From Cupriavidus necator (GTDB lineage Bacteria > Pseudomonadota > Gammaproteobacteria > Burkholderiales > Burkholderiaceae): 32,000 bases of DNA. The position numbers were made by a program, and so were the translations under genes. Below the pieces are notes generated by a model. That model saw nothing but the letters and a program-made list of their open reading frames with translations. It was not told the origin of the DNA and ran no database searches. Positions within the stretch are counted from its first letter, which is position 1; each line of letters opens with the position of its first letter. The stretch lies in the NCBI RefSeq assembly GCF_016127575.1, contig NZ_CP066020.1, positions 180,001-212,000 of the forward strand. The letters are read 5' to 3'. This document shows, one piece after another, positions 13,959-23,100 of the stretch.

Positions 13959-16229
13959 TCAGTTTCCCAAAAAAGCTGCGAATCCTGCGCGCAGGTAGAT
14001 GCTGCTTCGCGCGCCGTCGTCCGCGATGCCGCGCGCCAAGCCTCGCATCTGAGCGAGTAGCAGCTCCCTCAACGCCCATAGATCGGCTGAACCAGGAGCG
14101 GCATTGGCAACGTCTTCGATGAGTTGTCGCACGTAATTCTTGGTTTCATCATCTACTTCGGAACTGGTGAGGCACCTTAGCAGACAGATCACAAACAGAG
14201 TCTCATTTTGAAAGTGTCGAACTACCCTTGAGCCTAACACGAGCGACTTGGGGAACCCTTCAGGATTTATGTACGCGGGCGTCCTTGTTCTTGCCTGTTG
14301 CACTGCGCTCGCACATGCGAAGAGCAACTGGATAGGCGTGGCGCCGGCGACCAGCAATGGCGAGTCATTGCCAAAGACGGGCGCCGACCGCCCCTTTTCC
14401 AGGCATACCCACTCAGAGTGGACCAGGCCTGTCTCCGTTTGCCCCAAAAGTGCGCCTCGCTCATCCGTCCCACCTGCCTCCTCGTCGTCAAACTCCAAGG
14501 GGAGCTGAGAAATGCTGAAGGACTCTCGGCACCACGGACAAGCGCGCTCGCCGGAATCCGGAAGTGCAAACCGATATAGCCATTCAACACGAAACGCCCT
14601 TTCATGATGGTCGGAGGCGATGCCTCGAATTGCACTGTCCATCTCACTTTCATTCGCGGGGAGGACGAGCAGTGGCATGAGTGTGATGAGCCTGGGCGCC
14701 ACGAAGAGGTCGTTCGATCCCCGTATGGCTTTGACATATGCCTGCAATCTTTCGGAGCCGTAGGCGACGTCATCGATTATCAATATCGATTCAGACTGCG
14801 AGATTGCTTCCGCGAGAGTGCGATCTAGGTCGACCGCAAGATTGATGCGCAATGATTCATGCGACTCTACGCGAATCTGTAGTTCGCGCTTGAGGAATCG
14901 GGCTATTGCAGCCGCGCCTCGATGAACAGGGGTGATGATGAGGTCGGGAACTGGGTCCATACCCCGAATCTTGCCGAGGAGCTGTTCGCAAAATGCTGGG
15001 ATTTCCAGCAGTTTCTCCACGTTGATGCTAAATGCACGATGCTTCCCGCTTCCCCAGCTCGTATCATTGACGTGCGTGCGCAAAACGCCATCGAAATGGC
15101 CGTAAGCTTCGATGAAGGTGCGCTGCGCTCTGAAGAGGAGGGGGGGCAATGCCCGGGTGTCGACATTTCTCGCCGCGAGGAAGTATCGAGCGCGATCAAT
15201 GCGAAATACGGGACTGTTGCCTTGCTGACATGCCACGCAATGTTCAGATGACGTCGTGTGCCAGTAGTCATCGATTTGTAGTGCGCAAAATGCATGCGAC
15301 GCTGGGTCTGGCGTGGTTGCGTAGAGCACTGACGTACCAACGGGCACATCAAGTGACCCCGCGACTCTCCGCAATGTCTTAGTGAGTGTGCCAGTGGACG
15401 ACACGCTGACAATGAAGTGAATCCGGGAGTTTACCGCAATGCGTGGCTGCAGCCATTGACGAAGATCTGCCGATCTGTCTGGGTTCTCAGGATATGCGCG
15501 TACGCAATCATATGTCATCGCCAATTTGGGGAAGACATGACTCAAGCGAAGCGCAAGAGTAAGCGTACTGGGATTGTCGACCAGCACAACTAAGCCACAA
15601 GTCTGATTCGGATCAGCACCGATGGCGTGTTGTTCACAGATGTCTCGGGCGACCCAATATACGAGTTTATCCAGATCGTCAGTACTTGCTAAGCACTCGG
15701 CAAGTCGGAAGAAATGAGATGTGTGCGCGCCTGATGGCAACTCAAAATGGCCTCCGTCCACCGCCAGTACCGCACGATTTCGGTGAACATTTACGATGTC
15801 AGAGAGTTCCTGGCTGCGGATATCAGTAAGTTCCTCCGCCATCATCACAGCTAGGGCGGGACCACCGTCCCCGTCGGCGGTCACCATCAAGGGTGTCTTG
15901 AGCATGTCTTCAGGAGACGCATCCGAGACGATCTCGTTCAGCTGAGGCAAGCGGGGCAGGATCGCCAAGCGTCCACCTTTCAAGCGCTTCGCAACGTCTG
16001 CCAAAGCGTATCTTAGACGACCGGACGCTGTCTCTACCGTCTCGGCAATAACCGCTTGATTGAAAATCGCAGTGGCTGTCAACAAACTTCGGAATAGGGG
16101 CAAGGCAACACGAGCGACGTATGCTCCAGCCTCACTTGCATAATCATGCGTAGTGGAAGAGAGAGCAGCGTCGATATCGGCGATGGACTCTATGTCGCCG
16201 CGAATAAACGCCCAGCGGGTATCTGTCAT
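13959..16229 (-). CDS. Tandem phosphoribosyltransferase (PRTase)-like protein, each unit followed by a CxxC (about 756 aa)
   Basis: Unit 1 has the PyrE-type hood GGHFELPSGAHTSHFFRL and a degenerate PRPP loop RIHFIVSVSSTGTLTKTL, with no acidic pair; HCVAC follows. Unit 2 has a canonical PRPP loop SILIIDDVAYGSERL (nt 14751-14786), then ACPWC. The C-terminal about 170 aa are unassigned. Start at ATG 16229 (MTDTRWAF), 7 nt after the upstream gene's stop, with AAGG upstream. The track ORF start 16286 would overlap the upstream gene by 50 nt. Confidence 0.7.
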   Translation of the reverse strand: MTDTRWAFIRGDIESIADIDAALSSTTHDYASEAGAYVARVALPLFRSLLTATAIFNQAVIAETVETASGRLRYALADVAKRLKGGRLAILPRLPQLNEIVSDASPEDMLKTPLMVTADGDGGPALAVMMAEELTDIRSQELSDIVNVHRNRAVLAVDGGHFELPSGAHTSHFFRLAECLASTDDLDKLVYWVARDICEQHAIGADPNQTCGLVVLVDNPSTLTLALRLSHVFPKLAMTYDCVRAYPENPDRSADLRQWLQPRIAVNSRIHFIVSVSSTGTLTKTLRRVAGSLDVPVGTSVLYATTPDPASHAFCALQIDDYWHTTSSEHCVACQQGNSPVFRIDRARYFLAARNVDTRALPPLLFRAQRTFIEAYGHFDGVLRTHVNDTSWGSGKHRAFSINVEKLLEIPAFCEQLLGKIRGMDPVPDLIITPVHRGAAAIARFLKRELQIRVESHESLRINLAVDLDRTLAEAISQSESILIIDDVAYGSERLQAYVKAIRGSNDLFVAPRLITLMPLLVLPANESEMDSAIRGIASDHHERAFRVEWLYRFALPDSGERACPWCRESFSISQLPLEFDDEEAGGTDERGALLGQTETGLVHSEWVCLEKGRSAPVFGNDSPLLVAGATPIQLLFACASAVQQARTRTPAYINPEGFPKSLVLGSRVVRHFQNETLFVICLLRCLTSSEVDDETKNYVRQLIEDVANAAPGSADLWALRELLLAQMRGLARGIADDGARSSIYLRAGFAAFLGN

Positions 16230-16236
16230 TGCCGCC

Positions 16237-17376
16237 TTAGAGAGCCAGTACGCGCTGATCGACGTCTGTGAAGAGCACAGGCACAAACAGGTCTACGCAT
16301 GTTCCTGCCGCGAACTGCTGAGGAAGCCTGGAGAGAACCGCGCCATCCATTGTCGGCATCTTGTCTTCTCCGAGGGAAAAGTCTTTGATAAGCCGATGGC
16401 CAGCGGAAGTAACTTGCAGGCGTGTCCGAAGACGAAATGCCGCGTCCACGACCTTAAGCAAGCCCATCCCTTTTTCGACGGAACTGACGCTCTTGCGGGT
16501 CTGCTTCAGCTGAAACGCCCTGCGCAACCGATCTTCGGGGTGTTCCTCAACGGACTCAGCAGGGAGGGTGTTCTGAATGCCTTCTCCCATGTCCATAACG
16601 GATATGCAAGCCAGCAGTCGGTCTTTGTCCGTCTTTTCCATTTCCGCAACGCGCAGCAGAAATTCGCGCATCTCCGCAGAAATATCTCGCCTGTCTAGCT
16701 GGGCGGCGTTGAAGACGATCTTGGTAATCGAGATGCCTCGTGTGCTATGCCTTGCTACGCGAGCGTCGTGTGGCCGTCCGTGCTGTAGCGTGTTCGCAAA
16801 GGTCTCATAGATGAAATCCGTCAGTGTTGGAAGAGTGCTTTGGCTAGCAATGCGCCCCAAGCCCATCCCTGACAAAATTCTGTGCAGACCAGAAGCGAAC
16901 TGCGAGGGCAATGGTATCTCGGTGGCGTTGACATCCGAGTGGGTGTCAAATACGCGAGGAATCGAGCGTTTGGGATCAAACGCCAGGATGCCAACGCGGT
17001 CTCCGAGTCCAATTACGCCACGCTTTGCATCGTAGCAGCGGCCAGCAAACCGTCGAAGCTCCGTCGCACCACTCTCAGGGCCGTCACGGAACGCCGCGGT
17101 AGCACATGCCCGTAAGAGCGCATAGCCGAACATCGTGGACAGAAGCGTTCCACTGAAATCGTTGTTGTCCCGAGGGAAAGCGAATTCGCAATGGATGTGT
17201 AACGAAGAGCATCTCTTGATGGCAGCACTAAGGTACGCCAGGGCAAGCCCCTCTGCGCCAGCTTCGAACTCCGCGGATTTGCCAATAACAAGGCTAAGGG
17301 AGGCTTCGCCCGCGTCTGGCCATTGCAAAACATCTTCTGCGGCAATGCGATCAAGCAGCGTGACTTGGGTAGGCAT
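16237..17376 (-). CDS. GHKL-superfamily (HATPase_c-like) ATP-binding protein (379 aa)
   Basis: Bergerat-fold motifs occur in order in the C-terminal half: N-box ETFANTLQHG (ExxxN), G1 ISVMDMGEGIQ (DxGxG), G2 EKGMGLLKV (GxGL) and a late GTCVDLFVP. The N-terminal about 190 aa are unassigned. I recognised no DHp His-box or receiver domain. Confidence 0.7.
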   Translation of the reverse strand: MPTQVTLLDRIAAEDVLQWPDAGEASLSLVIGKSAEFEAGAEGLALAYLSAAIKRCSSLHIHCEFAFPRDNNDFSGTLLSTMFGYALLRACATAAFRDGPESGATELRRFAGRCYDAKRGVIGLGDRVGILAFDPKRSIPRVFDTHSDVNATEIPLPSQFASGLHRILSGMGLGRIASQSTLPTLTDFIYETFANTLQHGRPHDARVARHSTRGISITKIVFNAAQLDRRDISAEMREFLLRVAEMEKTDKDRLLACISVMDMGEGIQNTLPAESVEEHPEDRLRRAFQLKQTRKSVSSVEKGMGLLKVVDAAFRLRTRLQVTSAGHRLIKDFSLGEDKMPTMDGAVLSRLPQQFAAGTCVDLFVPVLFTDVDQRVLAL

Positions 17377-18083
17377 GCAGTTGTTCCGAGGAGTTCAAAG
17401 CCAACAAATCCGTGGGTTCGGGATCTTAGCGCACTGTAGCCCGTTCAGCGAGCAGTGGAAGGTCGGGCAGACAAACTCGGGACGTACGATCCTTTTGAAT
17501 CAAAGACTTGCAGCGAACGCCTAGTTTTAGCTTTCCCATGAAAAAGGTCATCAAAGCACATTTTAGGTGTCGATGGGAATTGTTGACCTGCTGTTCTCCG
17601 ACCGCCAACAAGCTCTACAGCCTGGTGCGCAAGGGCAGCGTGGCACGCCAGCTGAGCCGCTGCAAGCGTACTCGCAGGAGCTGTGCGGGCGCACGCGCGT
17701 CACCATCGAGCATCCGGACCTCCCGGACGCTTTGAAACAGGTGGCCGCCCACGCCCATCAAGGCAATCTGACAGACGGCCACCGAAGCCGCCATCGGCGA
17801 GCTGGCCACGCTGCGTGCCGAGGCCGCCATGTGGTCAGTGCCGCCAAGGGCCGGCGAACGAATTGCTGATAAGTCTTTGAATCTTCGGAGAATGATGTGG
17901 GCTTAACTTGTGATGGCGGTCTCTCAGGTGACTCCCACTCGCTCCACAAGCTGCTTGCCCCCCCACGATTGTGCTATCTGGCCTGGCCCGCTCTGGGTGA
18001 GCGCTGGCGTGGCTGGCGGCTTCAAAACCAGATTCGCTTTGAATGCTGTCAAAATACGGACAACGAAACGCCGTGGAGCAGCA

Positions 18084-19538
18084 ATGCAGGGTTTACCGGT
18101 CTCGCCCTCGCTCATTCCTCTCGACACCCTGAGGGAACAGATCGCACGGGCCGTTGCCACGGCCAAGGCCTACGACGTTCCCGATGTCTGTGTCGGCCTG
18201 AGGATTCAGCAGTCGGTGGACGAGGCCGATGCGCAGGAGGCTTTCGGCAGCAAACGGCTGTACGTCCGACGCAGGATCATCTCCTGGAGCGAGGCGGACC
18301 TTTTAGACTTGGCAACGCGGGTGCTACGCGATTACCCCTCGGAGGAACTTGCGGACATCGTGAGCGAGATGACCGTCCATGCAGAACAGCGCGTAAGTGC
18401 ATTGGTCCGGCGTGACGTTCTCAAGGCTCTCAATCCCTTGGCCTCCCTGTTCGGCGACCTACCGCTGATTGATGGACTCAGAGTGGTGTTCGGTGCCTCG
18501 GTCATCCAGGACGATCCGACAGGGCTGACTGGTCTGCTTGGCCTTACCAGCCTGCATGGGCAGATTGTCCAGCACTGCTTACGCAACGATGACTGGTCCC
18601 ATGAAGAGCTGCTGATTCAATGCGGCGCGATGACGTGCAGCCAGACCCGCTTCTTTTCGTTGCTGAACAAGCTTTTGCATCCCATGTCACGCCGTGACGG
18701 CGAGCAGGCGACACTAGCCACCGCGATCGACACGGCACTCAGGCGGGACGGCTTCGCGGTTAGGAAGACCAGCGTGGAGTCGGGGTACGCCGTCTATGGC
18801 GTGGTCCGCATGCAGGCAGGTGTCGTCGGAGCAATGAAGAACCTGATCTTCGCATCAATCGGTGAGAAGCCAGAATTGGTCTTTCGCGACGCAGTCAATA
18901 ACGACGTCGAGATCATCAAGCATGCCGACAAAGTACTGGTCTTTGACCGCCCTTTACCCAATTCCGGACTGCTGCTCTGGAAGGACTTGCGCGACTGGTA
19001 TGCCGAACTTCAGGGTATTAGCGACGTGGCCAGTGCGAAAGAGAATCTTTTCCGGCGGCTGCGCCAGGCTGTGCTCGGTGCCCGTTCGGCGGGTGAGTTT
19101 GCGGTATTTCAAGGCTACTACGAGCGCTACGGTGGTCCGCTTGGAGAGCGGTTGCCCGCGCTTGTCCCGCAGGTCTATCTGCACTACGACCCCTACACCC
19201 GTCGCCAACGCGGCGACGAACAGTTTTTAGCGCGCCAGCGTATGGATTTTCTGCTGATGCTGGATCACGGCGTGCGCATCGTGATCGAGATCGATGGCCG
19301 CCACCACTACGCAGTACCGGATCCTCTAGCGCCGGATCGGTTCATCGCAAACTCCCAGCGCTATGCCGAGATGGTGGCGGAAGATCGTCGGCTGCGGCTT
19401 ATGGGGTACGAGGTCTACCGCTTCGGCGGTTACGAATTCTTGGACGTTGACCTGGAACAGCGCAGGGTTGGTCCACACGCTCAAAAATGCGTCGCGGACT
19501 TCTTTGACAGGCTTTTGGCCCGGCATTGTGTTAGGTGA
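18084..19538 (+). CDS. Two-part protein: N-terminal region resembling AbiJ-N-terminal-type domains, C-terminal DUF559/Vsr-like PD-(D/E)xK endonuclease domain (about 484 aa)
   Basis: The C-terminus MDFLLMLDHGVRIVIEIDGRHHY...AEDRRLRLMGYEVYRFGGYEF matches the D...(V/I)E(I/V)DG..H...D..R...L...G..V.RF pattern of DUF559-type endonucleases. The N-terminal region has RVSALVRRDVLKAL, GQIVQHCLRNDDWSHEELL, FFSLLNKLLHPMSRRD and LRRDGFAVRKTSVESGYAVYGVV. From memory these resemble AbiJ-NTD families; this is unverified. Start at ATG 18084, with GGAG 5 nt upstream. The track ORF start 17910 adds 58 low-quality residues. Confidence 0.7.
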   Translation: MQGLPVSPSLIPLDTLREQIARAVATAKAYDVPDVCVGLRIQQSVDEADAQEAFGSKRLYVRRRIISWSEADLLDLATRVLRDYPSEELADIVSEMTVHAEQRVSALVRRDVLKALNPLASLFGDLPLIDGLRVVFGASVIQDDPTGLTGLLGLTSLHGQIVQHCLRNDDWSHEELLIQCGAMTCSQTRFFSLLNKLLHPMSRRDGEQATLATAIDTALRRDGFAVRKTSVESGYAVYGVVRMQAGVVGAMKNLIFASIGEKPELVFRDAVNNDVEIIKHADKVLVFDRPLPNSGLLLWKDLRDWYAELQGISDVASAKENLFRRLRQAVLGARSAGEFAVFQGYYERYGGPLGERLPALVPQVYLHYDPYTRRQRGDEQFLARQRMDFLLMLDHGVRIVIEIDGRHHYAVPDPLAPDRFIANSQRYAEMVAEDRRLRLMGYEVYRFGGYEFLDVDLEQRRVGPHAQKCVADFFDRLLARHCVR

Positions 19539-19886
19539 TTAGCATTGTGTGAGGCGACATACCATTTGAAGAGACCAACTACACAAGCGCTGGCAATGGC
19601 AGATCCCCGCATGATTTTTTAGTTCAGTGAGCGAGAGAACGGGCGACGTGCTAGGACCGGGTATGCGATATTGCCGACGGTGTGACGAGGTACCCCGCGG
19701 ACGGTCCTGCTCGGAGTCTAACAGCCAGGCAAGAGGCGGGGAACCGTTTTTCGGCCGGCCTGCCGGCCGCACTCGGGTGGCGAATGTCGAAGCAGGGTCC
19801 CGATTGTGAAGGATCCTGCGCGGTAAACGTGGCGACAAGGGACGCCCGGTTTGCCGCCAAGGCTGAGCACTCTTTGACGAAGACCA

Positions 19887-20171
19887 TTACGTCTCGTCGT
19901 CGAGGCCTTCGCGATCCTTCGAAAGCTCCCTCAGCTTCTTCCCCATATCGGTGGCTATCATCTGATAGGTCATATTCGCATTCAGGCGGACCAACTCGTC
20001 GACGCTAAGCATGTCGATTCGACCATTGGGCAGCAGTCGGACGTTCAACATACCCTCCATGCCATTGGGATGCATCTTGCCGGATTGAAGATGTTCGTGG
20101 ACGAGATTGATTCGTTCCTCGAACTCTTCCCTCGTCGTGGGCCGCTGCATTGTCGTGAGTTTGGGCAACAT
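19887..20171 (-). CDS. Small hypothetical protein (94 aa), last gene of the MBL/protease-STAND operon
   Basis: ATG 20171 lies 6 nt after the TAA of the giant gene. The translation is plausible and charged/helical (TTREEFEERINLVHEHLQSGKMHPNGMEGMLNVRLLPNGRIDMLSVDELVRLNANM...). No motif recognised. Confidence 0.5.
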   Translation of the reverse strand: MLPKLTTMQRPTTREEFEERINLVHEHLQSGKMHPNGMEGMLNVRLLPNGRIDMLSVDELVRLNANMTYQMIATDMGKKLRELSKDREGLDDET

Positions 20172-20177
20172 GATCTA

Positions 20178-23100
20178 TTACGCCTTATGAAGCACCGCTC
20201 GGACCTGTCCGTTGATCCTCAACATCCATTGCATGCGCCACCCCGCAGGTAGGGTTAACGCGTCGCGACGGATGGCGAGTATGGAAACCTCATGACGACG
20301 GCTGACTCCCCGAGTTCGGACAGTGCTACCGTCTCTCCAATGGTACCTGACCATAGCGGAAGGTGGAGCACGCAATAGATCCACGAATTGCGGGTTCGCT
20401 ATGGCAGGTGTGAGAGCTCCAAAGTGTGCCAGTCCAGGTTTAACACGACCGCAGACTGTAAGCTGGTCGCTTGGCCCAGGTCGCGGAAGCTCCGTCGGTT
20501 TAAAGGTGCCTAACTGCCCGGAGTTAGGCTCCCGCTGTCCCGGCGGGAGCAGGTGCGATGTAAGGTCTACCTTAATCACCTGCCGCCTTCGCTCCAGATA
20601 GCACTGGACATCCAAGAAAACGAGATCGTCGCTTGAGGGTAGGAACCTTGTTTCGTTGCCTGACTCCATTGCGTCGATCAGCCCTGCGACGAGCCGCCTT
20701 CCGTCCGGTGGCTCGACCAACGACTCCGGGTTGTAAATGCGCAGAGCAGCTTCAATCTTGGCGAGCTGCTCAATCGACGCTGGCGCGAAGAGTGCAACAT
20801 TGAGTGCAAACCGAACTCTTGCTGCCCATCGGTCCGGGACGACGCCTGCCCACTCTCCATGCCTTCTAGCAGCCAGGCTGTCGAGTTGTTGCACATCGGA
20901 TAAGGCGTATGGTCCGCACGAGTCCTGAAGGATCGACGCAGCTCGCTGTAGAGCCGCATCGTTCAAGATGCCCAAGCGCGTAAGCTCCCTCCAAGATGCA
21001 GTTAGGCTGGGAGGCACGTGGTCTGCATGCAGGCGGCTCTTCGCCGGGTCTTCTGGGCTTGGATGCGCGATTGGCTTGGCGCGTAGAACTTTGACCGCAT
21101 CTGCCGCTGAAGCAACGCCCTTATTGCTCGCGCGGTCGGCTATTCGCAGGAGCGTCGCAAACCGTCCTGCATGTGTGCATGCCCGCACCACTTCGTTGAC
21201 ATCGACGAAGCGCACGACACGTTCCCAAAGGCTTGCTGGAGTCTCGCGGGACAAGATGTCCAGCGCCCCTGCAGCAACGTCAGCGCGGCTGCCACTATCC
21301 ATCGAAAACGCCAGCCGGGCCAGCCTCGCCATCAAAGCATCGTCAGAGCGCAGCAACCAGAGCACCATTGCTGCAGCTGTATCGCGCCGCTCCCAGCTCG
21401 GGTGATCAAGTGCCCAAAGCAAGAGCTCAAGGAGGGCATCGGATGCACTGACGGGCTTTGTTGCTCCGATGTATGAGAAGGCTTCGGACGGAGCGCTCCC
21501 CACCATCTCGCGAACATGCTCAGTCGCGACCGACAGTAGCTGGGTCCGCTGACTTGCATCTAGCTTGGGGCCAATCAAATTGATGAGGTGATACGCGGCT
21601 GTCCAGCGCTGCACGTGCTGCTCATTGAGAGCCAGTGGGCCGTACAGTCGCGCTAGCTCATCAGCCGACTGCACGTTCTCCCGGATGATCGTGTCAGCTA
21701 GGCTGCTGCCCGAGTGGCCCTTCTCCCATATCGACCACCCGCCGCCTTGTAATGCCCTGAGAGCGAAGACAGCTCGCTCAACGGCAGCTGATGTGTTTCG
21801 GCGCTTGATGTGTTTCCTCGCTTCCTCCAGCGCTAGGTCAGCATCCCTGACGGAAGTTCTGCTTCCAAAGGTGCCAGGCATGAACAGCCGGTCCTCGCCG
21901 CCGTCCTCCTCATCAGTCTCGGCAGCTTCTGCGGCATTTGGGACGTCGGGATTCGGCGGGCCGCCTGCAACCACTTCACTGCGAACACCGAATCTCGCAG
22001 TTAACTGGTCAAACTGATTCGGGCTGAAAGACTCTCGAAACTGCTGAAGCATCTCCGAGAACGCCTCGCAAAGGAAGGCCGGCAGCGCCCCCGTCAAGCT
22101 ATGCATGAGCATCCAAGCGCGCTCGGCATTCATCGTGTGCGCGATTCTGCCAATTCGCTTGACTGCCCAAGCCAGGTCCGCCGCGCTGTGTGATATTTCC
22201 TGGATGATGGTCGCGTAGGCTGGCCCCCAATCTCTCAGGTACCGCTCGTCTCCGTGCTGGTAGACCTCTAGGAGCGCCCAGCGCACTCTCCAGTCCGCGT
22301 GGATTCCAGCGTGTTCAAGGAGCTGCATCAATGCCGCTTGTTCCTCCAGCGCGCCGCCTGGGTAACGCATGCCAACGAGAGGAGCTACGCGGTCAAGACC
22401 ACCGTCCGATGCTTGTTCGCACATCTCCTTGATGCTGCCATGAGCCTGATGCTGAAAGTAGCGAACGGCGTCTGCATACATGCCACGTCGACTCAGTTCC
22501 CCGATGAACGTCCCCTTGTCTGAGCGGACGTATCGCTGAAACGTCATCTCTCCGCTGGCGTGTTCCAGGTACGCGGCAATCTGGGCTAAAGCCGCGGGGG
22601 CAATCTCAGCGTCTGCTGGGAGTGCTTCAAGCACTCTCGACATTACGGCGAATTGGTCCTCCTTGTACCAACTCGGGCCCATCGAAGCGGCGAGGACGGA
22701 GTGATAGGTACGGAGAGCTTCCTCTGCGGACTCCATCCGAGCGAACAGTGGGACCATCGAGAGCAGTTCAGGTACGAGCTCGTGCCTGTTCTGCACGTTG
22801 TCTCTGACGTAGTCCCGCCAACGCAGCAAGAGCGCGAACGCTTTATCGGCGGTATCGCCTGAAATGCCTGCATTGACGAGCGTTCCGATCACCGCTGCCA
22901 AGGCGCGACGAAAGCCTTCATTGTACAGGCCGAGTTGTCCGTCAAATGACTCCTGAATAACCTCGAGAAGCTCGGCAGCCTCGTCGGGAAGACAGTCCAG
23001 ATAGAGGTCTGCAAGGTGGCCGTATAGGAGCGGCAGAATGTTCTCAGGGATGAAGTAGGCCCCGGCCCAAAGCATGCGCGACGCGAGTTCGAGCCTGAAG

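Noticed and set aside
16230-16286. 19-codon N-terminal extension of the PRTase-like ORF (MCLCSSQTSISAYWLSKAA).
   Set aside because: It would overlap the GHKL gene by 50 nt. ATG 16229 lies 7 nt after that gene's stop and has an AAGG upstream.
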